From the NCBI RefSeq assembly GCF_001194135.2, contig NC_068981.1, positions 40,753,884-40,817,883 on the forward strand: a stretch of DNA of 64,000 nt, read 5' to 3'. The notes under the pieces are model-generated. The model did no database searches, was not told where the DNA came from, and saw only the letters and a program-made list of their open reading frames with translations. The stretch comes from Octopus bimaculoides. Its lineage: Eukaryota. A program made the translations under genes and the position numbers. Numbering within the stretch: the stretch's first letter is position 1; every line of letters starts with the position of its first letter. Of the stretch, positions 25,963-40,900 are shown one piece after another.

Positions 25963-27717
25963 GCACACATCAGGATTCTTTCAGTTTCCATCTACCAAAT
26001 CCACTCACAAGGTTTTGGATGGTCCAAGGCTATACTAGAAGACATTTGCCCAGGGTCAGTAATGTTACTATGCCTAGAAAAAGAATATTTACATAAAATT
26101 CGTTATCAGTAACAGAAGCAGTAGTATTCCAAGGTACCATTCTGTACATCTTTTTAGCTCTACATGTCTATGTGAGAAGCTTCTTCAAGATGAATACCGC
26201 AGTAGTGTGGGTCTTCTAAACTATATCCATGTTAAGTAAGATTTACACAAAATCCTCCACTTGACATTTTTGCCAAAAGAATTTCATTATATAATTGAAT
26301 TTTCTAACATTTCAATCCATTTTTACTTATTTTGATTCAAGTTAATGATTTCTTATTTATATTTCAGGGATGCTTCACATCAGATGATATCTTTGATGAG
26401 ATTCTGCCACTGTGTACCAAAACAAATGAATTAATCAACAGCGTTTTTGCCAATCCTGAAATTGTAATGGGGAAATTAGTACAAAAAATCTATCTTGGTA
26501 AACTTCAGGTAATGTAAATAATCTCCTTAATATATAAAGCAGCTACATTTTTATTATATCGTCATAATCATTTTCATTTTTTGTTCACTCTCCATGCTGG
26601 AATGGGTTGGACTTTTGTCATGCCTGTACCAGCAAAAGAAAAACATGTAAAATGATGCAGACATTAAATGCTAGCATGGAAAGCGGACGGTAAATGATGA
26701 TCATGATGATGTGTATGTATCATCATCATCATTTAACGTCCATTGTCCATGCTGGCATGGGCTGGACAGTATGACCGGGCTGGCATGCTGAAAAGCTGCA
26801 CCAGACCCCATTCTGATTTGGCATAGTTTTCTACGGCTGGATGCCCTTCCTAACTCCAACCACTCCGAGAGTGTAATGAGTGCTTTTACATGCTACCGGC
26901 ACTGGTGCCATTTGCATGACACCAGTATCTACCATGACTTCAATTTTGCTCAACTAAATGGGTCTTCTTCTCAAGCACAACATAAGGCCAAATGTCTTGG
27001 TCATTGCCTCTGTGAGGCCCAACACTCGAAAGAAACTCAGCCAGAATATACTAGAATCAATTTAATCTTTTTCATAAAAAGATTGGCTACATACTTACTC
27101 AAGAGAAATCAATAATATATTTCATGCTTATTCTAGAACAATTGAGAGATGATGTACTTGGCTATTATCAAAAAACTTTTCAAAAACACACTTAAGATTT
27201 TAAAAATTACAACTTAAAAACAAAATTTCTTGTAGGTTATCTTTTTAATTAACTATATTTTTGTTAACTTTCCAGGAAACTATTTCTAAAAAGTTGGACA
27301 GCCAGACTGACCCTGAGCAGTATTTAACTAATTTATATGATCTTTATACAAGGTAATCTTATTCATTATTTTACCCTTCTTTTCTTCAAAATAATAATTT
27401 TCTGGGCTTAATTTTTGGTATATTTATATCCACACTTTATTTTGATTGATTTCATCTCCACTCATCATCTTTGAATGTATATATAACCACTGTTTTGATT
27501 TGATCTGGTAACCTTTATTTTTGAAATAAATGTAATAATGTTATTCTACATTATAAACATTGAATTGAAACCCAAAAGAAACCCAGCTAACTGACAGGGC
27601 ACAAATTATATATCTAATCTTTTTAGGGCAACAACATTACATTAGAGAACATCTACCATTCTGTATCAAATTTTATTTTATAATTTATTTTTGCTTTTTT
27701 AACTGTACTTTCAGTAA

Positions 27718-27804
<87 letters not shown>

Positions 27805-30800
27805 TTCATTAAAAACATAGTTAATTCCTATGAATAATAATATTTTCATTGACTAAGCTGACGAAACTATATGTAACTACCTGTCAACAAATCGCAAGGG
27901 CATCTATTTACAATTAGTGTTTAAAAGGTCAACTCTTGATGCCAAGCACTGATAGCGTGAAAAACACATTCTTTTTAGTTTTAAACGAAAGCTAGTACTG
28001 TTTATAAAAAAGATACTTCCAGCAATAATTAGTATGTAACACAAAGTGGATAACTAATTTTCACTTAGTTATAAGGAAGCTGCTGTAAAGCAAATCTTAT
28101 ACCAAAAGTTCTGTGTATCTGAATAAAACAATTTTTCTACTACTCTTATTTTTGCTATTTTAAATTGATTCTTTTGTTTGTTATTTTTCAGGACAGCTAA
28201 GTTATCAAATGACCTATCCAAGTTCAAATTGAGTAATGACAGTTCTTTTCTAAATAAACAGAAAAAAAGTATTTTTCACAAACATCTTGAAGCATATATA
28301 AGGTAAGGCTTTAGAATTATTATTTAGTTCTCTCTATTTATCCTTCCCTACCATTATTATTATTATTGTTGAATTAGATGATATGCTAATCATAGTTGGG
28401 GTTTCTAATGTTATTGCCTCATGATTTTAATATTTATTTTCCCATGGGTTGGTTGGGTCTGCAGCACAACATATCATTAGAGTTAATCCATCACTCAGTT
28501 TAACAGCACTTCCTGGTCATGGATTCTTCTCTGTCGCAAGCATTTGGGGCTAGCATTCTGCTTTAAGTACAACTTCCTCCTCTCTTCTCACCATTTTCAA
28601 AGACCCTGGAAAGATCATAAGCTCAGCCCTTTCTCTTGTAACTAGGTCATAAAAATTATTTTTTAAATCCTGCATCATTATCTCATTGGGTTCATACATC
28701 CTGAGATCTGTTTCACCATTTCCAGCGTTTTCCTCAGTTTTTAGATAATTGTTTAAACTAAATATTCAAACATAAATATAACTTCACAATACACAAGATC
28801 AAATTGATGTAATGATTTTTTTATTTTTATTTTAGCCATGAAATTAAATTTCTGCATGAACGCAGTTCATTATTATTGCAAAGATATTATAATAGTAAAA
28901 ACCATCAAAAAAAGAAAATTCAGTCTGGTGGGTAAGTTTTCCATTAATTGTTACAGGATTTTATCTAAGTTTACATTTGTCCTTGTATAGACTGTGCAGC
29001 TTTCTTTCCATTGATTTCTAACACTGGTACAAAGCAAGAAGTTTTGGGAGAGTTTTGGGAAGTATCTTTTTTATAACTGATACTTATTTGTTGGTCCCCA
29101 CAAGGATGAAAGGTAAGGTCAGCCTTGGTATGATTTGAGCTAAACAAAGGAATGTAACTAAATGTCACAAGGCATTTAACCCAACTCATCACTGCTTGTG
29201 CTTTTGTTTATTAGATAGTCTGAGAAGAGAAGTGATCATTGCTTTATCAATTCCTCAAAGACTAAAAGAGGAGTAAGAAACTGAGATTAACACTATTAGT
29301 ATTTAGTGCCCTCAATTGGCACTCATCTTTTTCTTGCTTATTATGCACAGAAAGAGCATAAATGTGAAAATACACCCTCCCAGATGTGTGAGCAGTTCTC
29401 ACTCTTATAGAAACATCCTTATGTTCTGAAGAGGATTCCTGAAACTTCATCATTATTATCGCTCTTGGGACACTGAAGTTTGAATCAAGCATGTTGTGGT
29501 ACTTCAACCACTCATCAGTAGGTTGCAATGAAATTTTAAAAAGAAATATGCATTACACAAATACATATTATGGAGGCATTGTTTTACAGCCAAATGCCCT
29601 TCCTTTCTTGTCACTAACTCATTCCTGTTTTTCAAGTAACAGAGCTTTCACTCTTCTTTGAAAGTAGAGATACCAGATGATTTGTTGTTAACAACTAACT
29701 TTCAAAAAACGCCAACTATAGCTCAGCAGTTTTCCATGCAGGGCACAGAATGCAAAGATTCACACTTAGCAAACACACGCAGACACATATATATATATAT
29801 ATATACAAATGGCTTTGTAAAGTTTCCATCTATCAAAGGCATTGATTGACCCTGGGATAGTGTAGAAAACACTTTGAACTGCTTAAATACACTGCCATGC
29901 CTGCCCCTTCAAGTATATGTGTTTGTCTTTGTGTGTATGCATGCCCACACACACACATACACACTCACTCACTCACTCACTCACTCCACAAAAACAAAAT
30001 ATACTCAGGAAAGATGTGGTTAACAACCAGATTTCTTTCTTTTTTTTTTTTTTTTGCATTTGCCTGTAAATATAGACATTTGTTTTGTAGTAAATATATT
30101 TTTAGCATCAATTGTGATGTTGCTCTATTTTTCCCTTCTAGCTTCCGGAGAGAATTTCAGGCTGTGATTAATACTGTAAATATCAATATTGGGCCAACCA
30201 TTGAAAATTACGGAGGTGAAATATTTCTCTCACAAGAATTAGCAATGAATATTTTACAGGAAACAAAGTTAGCTTTTAAGCGCTGCAAAGTTGTAAGTAC
30301 ATTTTTACATTAATTAATTTTGATTTATCTTTTACTAGTTTCATTCATTAGACTGCAACCATGCAGGGACACCACCTTGAAGAATTTTAGTCAGGCAAAT
30401 CAACTTTAGTACTTATTTCTTTTTTGAAGCCTTGCTACTAATTCTGTTGATCTCTTTTGCTAAACATCTTGGTTACGGTGACATAAACACACTGACACCA
30501 GCTGTCAAGTGTTGGTGAGGGACATACAGACACAAAGGGAGAAGGCAGTCGATGGTGTGTATTTTGGAGAGATTAGAACGAATGGTGGCGTGCATAAGGT
30601 GGTAGGATGTAGTACAGAGTATGGGTAGGATGGTTGAAGCAGAGTGGAGAGTGGGGTGGAAATGGAGGCAGAAACTTCTAGGGATGAGGAGGTGATGAAG
30701 GTAGCAACTGAGAAAGGAAAGGTGACTGCAGAAGCATGTTGTTTTGAAAATTAGTAGGGAAAGGTTAATAGAAGGTTGAAAGCAGTGGAAAGGTTTTTTT

Positions 30801-31957
30801 TAGTTGGAGGAGGAAAGGTTTGTAATCGGGTATGATTGAAAAACGAGAAAAGAGAGAAAGGAGAAAAAAAAGAAAAAAGAGTGGGGAGAGAGAAAGGCAA
30901 TAAAGACGTGATGAGGAAAAATTCAAAAGGCATGAGGAGAAAAAATGCAAATGGCGTCAGGAGAAAAAAATACAAGAGGTGGGAGAAGAAAAAAAAGGAG
31001 AGAAAGAAGGAAGAAGAGAAGACAAAAGGGAAAAAGAAAGGGAGGGAGAGAGAGGCAAGGTAACAAGTGCAGATTGAGAGAAACGACAATAGGAAAAAGC
31101 AGAAAGTACAAAAAAGTTTAGAAAAGTTCAAAAGGTTCAAACGTCATGGTGTATTGGAGTGATTTCCCATCAAAGGAAGACTCCAGTGTAATCCATGGGT
31201 AGGAGAGGTGCAGCTGAAATGTAGGAGTCCAGGTGTAGGAGAGTAGAAGAGAATCCAGGTAGAATAGTCTAAGAAAAGTTCGAAGTGGAGGTGGAGACAG
31301 GATAAAACTGGTGCGACCACAACCACATATCCTCCTTCCAGATTCCAGAAAGACAATTCATCACATCCTTGGCCAGTCACGTGTGGCGCCTCAAAGATGA
31401 AGGGACCCCATATGTTATCAAGTGAAGAACCTTAGAGCAGCTGGAGCCCTACATAAATCCCTTGTTTCCCCTCTTTTGACACACAAAAAAAAAAAGATTG
31501 TCTAAGGGTGATAACCTGTCCTCACTAACCCCGGACTATTTATTCTTTGATGATTAACTGGCCAAATGACTGTAATGGATACCTGCCTCCCAGAGGTTGA
31601 GAGTTGCATTTGTCTTCAGCTTTAGAGTCTGATGAGACGTTCATGAGGCTAAAGCCTTTGTGGATACAAACCTATTGGTCACTCTGTGACTGGACATAGA
31701 ATTACTTATAAATATATATATGTATATATATGGGAGAATTTACGAAAAAAAATAACAGCAGACGAGGACAGGTGGTGTAAACAACAAAAAGATGTATTAG
31801 TTTAACATATAAATATTCATCTTTGGCAAGCAGTATTTTTATTCTTCTTTTATTCAAATATTTAATATTATACCTATTAAGGTAGAAGTCTTGCTAACCA
31901 CCTCATTATTACTGTTTTTAACAGTAATAATGCTTTCATATAGTTGCTTTTTTATAT

Positions 31958-31999
<42 letters not shown>

Positions 32000-34900
32000 T
32001 TGGAATACTTACAAGAATTGTTGGATCAATTATCAGTTAGGAGTAGATTTTAGTTTTCTGCTAGTTTCAACTGATGCAAGTTATGCCCTTCTCCAATTCA
32101 TTGTTATTGTTGTTATTGTTCCCAGTCAGTCCTAATTGAGTAATTCTGCAAAGAAAGGTATCCCAGCCTTGACCATTCCAATTTTTATTCAGTCATACGA
32201 TATCTAATAGTACATTATCCAATGTGCTCTTCCTTTTTTAAGACAGTGTAATTGTCGAAAGATTTGGCTACTGTTTTCTTGCAGATCAAGTAATGCATAA
32301 AGATTCCCTTATTGCATTATTCCCAACTTGGTAGTATTTTAAGATATGTAAGTGTTGGGTTGGACCCTTGTCTGCTCATACTCCAAAAGTCAGTTTTTCT
32401 CTTTAAAATTTTATTTTTGCATATTGTTTTGTTGTTTATTTATGTGTGCATGTGCGTAAGGGAATATGCTTATGTTTCATAATGTTGATATATTTACTTT
32501 CAGATTTCCAGTGCATCAGACCTACCTTCAAATGCTGTCAAAATTCTAGAAACACTCATCCAATATCTTGTAATGGAACATATAGATTATGCAGTTGAAT
32601 TAGGTCTACAAGGTAATGTTTTAAAGAAATTTCACCTAAAGGAAATTTTAAAGGAATTTCACTTACAAGAAATCATAACACAAACAGATTCCATGTGATA
32701 AATTCTAAAAACTCATCAGTAGTAAAATCGTTTACATTATATAATTCCAGAAACTTTGTTACACCTTCATTTATTAAGACAGGTAGATACAGAAAATAAT
32801 CTTTTCTACTCTAGGCACAAGGCCCAAAATTTTGGCGGGGTGGTGGATAGTTGAGTAGATTGATCCCAGTACACAACTGGTACTTAATTTAACTTAATTT
32901 ATTCACCCCAAAAGAATGAAAGGCTAAGTCAACCTTGGCGGAATTTGAACTCAGAACGTAAAGACAGATGAAATACCGCTAAGCATTCGCCTGTCATGTT
33001 AACGTTTCTTATTTCTTTATTGCCCACAAGGGGCTAAACATAGAGGGGACAAACAAGGACAGACAAAGGGATTAAGTTGATTATGTTGACTCCAGTGCGT
33101 AACTGGTACTTAATTTATCAACCCCAAAAGGATGAAAGGCAAAGTTGACCTCGGCGGAATTTGAATTCAGAACGTAGCAGCAGACAAAATACTGCTAAGC
33201 ATTCGCCTGGCATGCTAACATTTCTGCCAGCTCACCACCTTAGTTACAGAAAATAATAAAGAAAGAAAGCGTAAGGAATCATACAGCAGAAAAGCAACAT
33301 TTTTCTTATCTCCTTGAAAAAAAAAATTAGTATCTAAGATGGCCAAATGCTAAGTATAAATTTGTTAACTATCTCATCATCATCATCATTGTCGCGGACG
33401 TTAAACAACAACGATGATGATGATGAGATAGTTAACGAATTAATATATTTCTTTTGGTGTTCTTCACTCTTTCTTTATAAATTTTTTTCATTTACACCTG
33501 TTATTTATCAGTCTGTCTGTCCATCCATTCTTTGACTTGTATGTTGTCATAAACACAGGCATGGCTGTGTAGTAAAGAAGCTTACTTTGCAACCAGATGG
33601 TTTTGGGTTCAGTTCCATTGTGCAGCACCTTGAGCAAGTGTCATCTAATATTGCACCAAGCCAACCAATACCTTGTGAGCAAATTTGGTAGATGGAAACT
33701 GTGTGGAATTCCATCATATATATATATATGAACCTGGTGCAGCCCCTGGCCTTATCAGCCCTCATCAAACCATCCAACCCATGCCAACATGGAAAACAGA
33801 CATTAAATGATGATGATGGTATCATCATCATCCTTTAACATCTGTTTTCCATGCTGGAATGGGTTGGACAGTTTGACCAGAGCTGGCAAATTGGGAAGCT
33901 ACACCAGATTTTTGTCTGATTTGGCTGGATGCCCTTCCTAATGCCAACCACTTTACAGTGTGTGCTGTGTGGTTTTTAGCATGCCACTGGCACAAGTACT
34001 TTTTACTTGAATGTGTGTTTTTCTTTTGTCTCCCTCCCACCACTTAACAGGTGTTGGTTTGTTTAGCAAAAGAGACCAATAAAATATGTACCACACTTAA
34101 AAAAAACATAACTACTAGGATCAATTTGTTCTATTAAATCTTTTAAGGCTGTGCTCCAGTATGGCCACAGTCCAATGACTGAAACAAATAAAAGATATAA
34201 GTTCACATTAAGGCTTAACAACTTTGTGTTATTCTGTATTTTTCTAGCTAGAATTTTACATCCATCATTCACTGTTTTTATTCTCCCATTTCTATTATCT
34301 CATCTGACATTACATACAAAGTAGCCTAAATTTGTACTTAACCATTTTGGTAAGTACCATAGAATGGTAGTTGGTGACACAGAGCTTGAGTATGCTACCG
34401 AGTTTAAATTTCCAGGTGGAATTCATTTGCCTCAGGCCTAAACATGCCACTGTCTGGTCTTTAAATTTTTTGTAAATTCACATTATTATGAGCAAGTGTG
34501 ACTATATGGCTGAGAAGTTTGCTTCCCAACCACATGTGTTTGGGTTCAGTTTTACTGCATGACACCATAGGCAAGCGTCTCCTATTATTGCTCCAAGCCA
34601 ATCAATGCCTTGTGAGTAGATTTGGTTCACAGAAGCTAAAAGAAGCTCCTCATGCATGTGTGTGTATATAATTGTGTGTGTGTGTGTCCTTGTCTTGATA
34701 GTGCATAGCAGTTATAAATGATTGTCACTATCATACAAGTAGTGTCATTCATTTCCAATATTCTGTAAAAATGTGTCTGATCATGGGAAAATATTAATCT
34801 TGCTTGGTGACAGGAAAGTCATCAGACTGTAGAAAATTTGCTATAGTAAACTCTGTCCAAACCTTGCAGGCATAGAAAAATGTATGTTGAAATAATAATA

Positions 34901-37900
34901 ATGATAATGATGATGATGATGCTGTTGCTGCCTCCCTCTTCTTCCTCCTCCTCTTCTTCATTTTTACCTACAGACATTGACTTGCTACTGTTCATGCTGC
35001 ATATCAACCATAATACCATCAATCTGTGATGGCTTGCAAAGATTATAATGTATCCAAAAACTTTCCAGTGTCTTAGATGAAAGCATGAACATTGCAACTT
35101 CCTATTTACTTCCCTCTGAAACATTTCAAGTTTTGCCTGTAAATTAGTTTAGGATCAAAAGCTTAAGAATTTTTTTTTTTTTTTTTTTAACTTATTGTTC
35201 TAATAGGTCAGTGGATTACAGAATGTTACATTTTTTTCTGCCATTTGTACTGACAGCACTAAATGTAATCAGTAACATTATTATTTCCTGAACTATTCAA
35301 AGTAACACTTTCAATAAATAATATACCCAGTCATATTCTTATTCGCATCACACCACATTCATTAAATACATTCATTTAATCAGAATCCTTAACCTAGAGA
35401 CGCTATAGGTGCATGGCAAGAGTACATTCGTTCATTAATAATTTTCTATTACAGCTATTCCATTGGCTGATGCAAGGACCCTTCCTGAGATATATTTCTT
35501 CGATGTCACTGGTCAGGCAAACACTCTTTTCCATCTTTTTGAAAAGCAATTTATGGACAGTTTAGTACCATTGGTTCTGTAAGTATTAATCAAATATAAC
35601 TGAACCTTTCTTATGAATTGTATTTTATTGTATTTTACAAATAATATCCAGGTTCATTAAGTAACTTCTCATATTTTTTAAGTATTAGTTTTAAAATCTT
35701 TGGCTATATTTTGTTTAATTAAATTAACATATAAAAAAGCTATAAGTTTTTGCCCATTTATCAGTATGATTTCCCTTTAGTCATAACTAAATGATAGAAC
35801 AGTTACTGTTATGTTCTAACTGAGTACACCATGTCATGTACTCACAAGCAGAATCTAATGGTTTATTGCTGAGACTGTCTTACATTTAACCACTACATAT
35901 TAGAATATGAAGCATGATTGTCAACTAAAGAGATGCATAGTATATTTGTAGATTGCACTGACTAGTCAACTACCCATTTTCGATAGGTTTAGTCTGTCAA
36001 AGCTGATCTGCAATTACACAGTATCACTGGTAACAGTAACTAGCTAATAAGGGCAATTCTATGTAGTTGTTTAATATGCAACCACATAGAGCCTATTATT
36101 GCATTAATAGTATGGTGGAGTTAACAATTATAGTAGATCGTTTCACTTTGCTTTGCATCACTCTGAGTTGATAAAACAATATCAGTAGGCACAGACATGG
36201 CTGTGTGGTTAAGAAACTCACTTTGCAAAGTGATTTCTTCTATAGCCCAGGGCAAACCAATGACTTTTGAATAAATTTCATAGATGGAGACTGTGTAGAA
36301 GTTCATCCTATATATTGATGTGTAAGTGTTTTTGTGTCTACGTTTGTTTCCCTATCATTACTTGGCAATTATTGTTCGTTTGTTTACATCCCTATAATTT
36401 AGTGGTTTGACAAAAGAGACCGATATATTATGCACCAGACTTTACTGAGGGTCAGTTTGACTAAAGCCTTTCAAGGTGGTGTACCAACACCAAAGTACTA
36501 ATACATGCTAACCTCCCCAGCATCCATACCATCTTGATGCAGTCTCAGCTTTGCTAGGCAGGGCACGTAGCTCGCATGTCAGACGATCGATTACCAAAAA
36601 GATTGCTCTTTGGCGAGCTGCAAAAAAGGGAAAGTGCTCACAAGGCAGCCAGAAGAAGCGCTTTAAGGACACACTGAAAACCTCACTAAAAGCCTTCAAC
36701 ATTGACCATGCAACTTGGGAGCAGTCTGCTCTAGACAGAGAAAGGTGGCGATCAGCTATCCACAAGGGTGCCAATACATGCGTGACAAATAGGACCGCTG
36801 CTGCAGAAGACCACAGACAAGCCAGGAAGAACAGAGCTAACAAACCTGTAGCAGGCAATACCATTCCCTGTCCACACTGTCAAAGACTCTTTCAGGCGCA
36901 GATTGGCCTCACTAGCCCACCTCCACTCCAGGATGACTAGATGGTCTTCATCGCATCAATGGACAAACTACCAACATTGCCACAGTCCAATAACTGAAAC
37001 AAGTAAAAAATTAAAGATAAAAGTGTTCTAGATTCCAATTGAGTATAGCCTTCCCAACAAGTTTCCACACTTTCATTTGTATCCTACAGAGCAGTATTGC
37101 TATTATTGAGGCAGTGGATCAATTAAAGTAATGAAGTGCAAGGCTACCATATTTACTTGTGTATAAGTCACACTTCTAATTTAGTGTTAAATCTTGATAA
37201 AAAAATTTTCACTTTATAGGTTTAGCTTTTGCCCCATGTATAAGTCATTTCCCAGCTTTTTTCATTTAATATCAAGTATAAAATAGGGTGACAAGTAAAT
37301 ATGGTCATTGCTAACAGATTGAACTACTATTTGTACTCAAATCTTATGAGGATCAAGTTTATCTGTTAATTCTTCTCCAGGTCTCAGTTGGTTTATGGAG
37401 TGGCAGAACTGTTATAATAGACAAAATGTTTTATATTCTGTATTTAAATCCCATTGAAGTCAGCTTTATCTTTCATCCCTTCTCATTCAGTGAAATAAGT
37501 ACCAGTCAAATACTGGGGTTGAGTATATTGACAAACCCCAGACTCCCCTCAAAATTGCTGGTCTCATGTGTATAATTTTTTTGTATAGTAAATTCTAATG
37601 ACTGAGTTTTTTTCTGAAAATTCATGTCTTTTACTAATATAGGAATTTGTTAATATTTGAATATTTTACAGCTCTTCACCTAAGCATAGTACTTGTTTAC
37701 AAAGGAAAAGGGAACTTCGTGATCAGCTAGAAACTAAAATTGATCTTGGTTTAGACAGGTAAATACATTTTACAGTACTAATAATGTGACAAAAATTACT
37801 GCTGTGTAAATATATATTGTTGCTATTATGCAAAAGTATCGGAAGTCCAAAACGTTGCTTTTTCAGAAAACGTAAAAATAGTTTCACCATTCCATTTTCC

Positions 37901-40900
37901 TTTTACACTAGCAACAGTTTCAACCTAACAATAATACTTTGTTGGATGCATAAGTCATAACTCCATGCATGTATGATACTTTCAATCAGAAATATTTTTG
38001 CAAAACTGTTGTATGTGGGACTTACTACACTTTTGAAAAATGCTAAACCATTGTACTACACTTTGACAATTTTCATATCTTGACATTTGAAGCAGCTAGA
38101 GATATGATAGTTTGAGCAAAAGAACTGGCTATTGCATCATCATCATCATCATCATCATCATTTAACATCCTCTTTCCATGCTGGCTTGACTGAGGGCTGG
38201 CAAGCCAGAAGGCTACACCAGGCTCCAATCTGATCTGGCAAAGTTTCTACAGCTGGATGCCGTTCCTAATGTCAACCACTCCGAGAGTGTACTGGGTGCT
38301 TTTTACGTGCCTATAGTAGAAAGGATTATTATTATTATTATTATTTGTTGAAGACAAGTGGCAAGGAAAGTAGTTGGGTGCAGGAAGAGTGTTGAGTAAA
38401 CTAATATTAAGTGTACAATATTTGCTGGCAGAATAATCAAGTGTATCAGACAAAATGCTAGTAACGTTTCTTCTTGCTCTTTACATTCTCAGTTCAAATA
38501 CTACCATGGTCCATTTTGCCTTTCAACCTTTTGGGGTCAATAAAATAAGTACCAGTTGAGCACAGGGGCCGGTGTAATTGACTTACTCTCCCTTCAAAAT
38601 TGTTGGGACAACATTAGATAGAATTATTATTAATGTTATTATTGAAAGTTGATGTGACGGTTAGGTCTTTCAATATAAAGTTATTAAACTTTAGATATAT
38701 CTACTCTTCTTTTAGTGGGTGTGTGTGTGTGATTTAATCTTTGATATTTCTTTTCTAGATCAATCTCTGCAATTATTGGAGCCATTCGCCATATACTTGT
38801 AGCAGAACAGAAGAAATCCGATTTCAAACCAGACTTGGAAGCAAATATGCAAATGCGTTCTGAGGTAACTGTTTACAAACGACAAAAACGTTTTCAAAAG
38901 ATGTCAATAGTTTGGTTTTACTTTAGACATGGATAACCAGAACAGAGTGGGAAACAGAGAATTATGCTGGAGATTAACTCCCATACCTCTACCCTTTGTT
39001 ATCTTTAGAACAAGCCTTTTATATATATTTATATAAACACATACACACTCACACACATGCACATAATTTACAAAAGTGATGACTAATACTTTCCAAGTGT
39101 TAATATTTTATATGATTACTTTTTTCTTCCTTTTGTAGGCATGTGCAAGGACTGTAATTTTCCTACACAGTCAGATTGAAAGTATTCGGCTAAGTTTAGA
39201 CGGTAAAAATGTTGATGTTGTTCTTACTGAACTTGGTACACGATTCCATCGTCTAATATTTGAACATTTCCAACAATTTCAATACAACTCTTTAGGTAAG
39301 TTTGAATTCACCTTTAAATTCATTGGGGTAGAAGAGGATGTGATAGGAAGGAGACGGGGTGATGGGAGAGTGGCAAAAGTGGGAGTAATGTGTGTGAGAA
39401 AGAATGCTACTGAATAGCAACAAGGAATGTGACAGAGTAAGCCTAAACGTTTGCTTGCACTATTGACAAAATAAGGTATTGTGGTGAAGAATAAATTGAA
39501 ACATTTAGCATCACCAGTTCAATTAATGTCTGTTTTCCATGCTGTATGGGTTAGACAGTTCAACAGGAGCTGGTAAGCCAGAGAACTGCATCAGGCTCTA
39601 ATGTTTGATTTGACAGGATTGCTACAGCTGGATGCCTTTCCTATCACCAACCACTTTGCAGAGGCTAAAGTGATGATAACTAATATTGATGTAACTAATT
39701 ATATGTTGATATAAAAATAGTAAAATTAAGGGAAAGTTGGACTTCTTTTAGGACTTGTGGGGAAATTTCCTGCTACAAAAGACAATATACTGATGTTATT
39801 ATTAAGCCCCTAGGTCAACCTTGAACAAGTAGATATTTGATCAAAGGCATTTAAACCATGAACATAGGAGTATCTAGATATAAATTAGATGTCATTTCCT
39901 TAGATTAATCAGTGTTGATTTTTCTATGTAATATATGAATGATTGATTTTTGTGTTTAATTCTGTTTCAGGTGGAATGTTGGTTATCTGTGATGTCAATG
40001 AATATAGAAAAGCTGTCAAAGAATTCAAGATCCCTCTCATCAATCAGTTATTCGATAAATTACATGCTTTGTGCAACTTGCTAATGGTTGTACCAGAGAC
40101 GTTGCAGCAAGTTTGTACTGAAGAGCCATTGGTAAAACAAGAAAATTTCTTTTTTCTATGTTCCGGTTTTCTGTACTGTAATTTTCTATTTATGTCTAAT
40201 TTATTTGAAGCTATCCAACTGCTATTAATATCAGTGTATGTGAAGACAGAGAGAAAAAATATATTTTAAAGTTCTAATCGTGTGTGTGTGCGTATGCAAA
40301 GCATTTAAAATTTCTATAAATCACAATGCCTCTGATTACCTTTCATAGTAACTATGCATTTATAACAAAACCAGGGCTGCATCCTCAAAGAACCATTCAA
40401 TTAATATACAAATCAATATGCTACAAACCACTTGTCAACCAATACTTTATATCTTACCTGTTTCTCCAACCATCGTATCAATCAGTAAAATTTCAAACTT
40501 AAACTCTGATTGTATTAATTTGACTATCTGAAATGTGTCTGCTAGAATTGCTTGATATTAACTGTTTATCAACTATGTTTGCCTCAGTGGTCTAGATCAG
40601 GGGTCCTCAACCATTTTTTACCAATGGACCACTTTTGATTCTTATTTTACTTGGGTGGACCCCCATAGCCATTCAATGTTTAAAAAATCCTATTGTATTT
40701 TTATGATTAAATATTATTAGGACTTGTGTAAAAATTGTTAAAATATTTTGTGTGTTGTGGATGTATAACCAATTTATTGCACATAAACTTTACTGGTCTG
40801 AAGCACAATTTTTTTATGGTCCCTGAAAAATTACCATGGATCCCCCCTCCCCCAATTTACTATATTGCATCTGTGGATCCCTCAAAATCTTATATGGATC

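Noticed and set aside
28971-29192. 73-aa - strand ORF next to the antisense frames
   Set aside because: Its middle (KADLTFHPCGDQQIS) is a tRNA-SINE remnant.
30751-31140. 129-aa F/L/S-rich ORF and the opposite K/E/R-rich ORF
   Set aside because: Low-complexity purine tract with no splice or domain evidence.
31629-31660. CTGATGA-GAC...GGC-TAAA possible hammerhead
   Set aside because: The GAAA core and stem II are broken; too degenerate to call.
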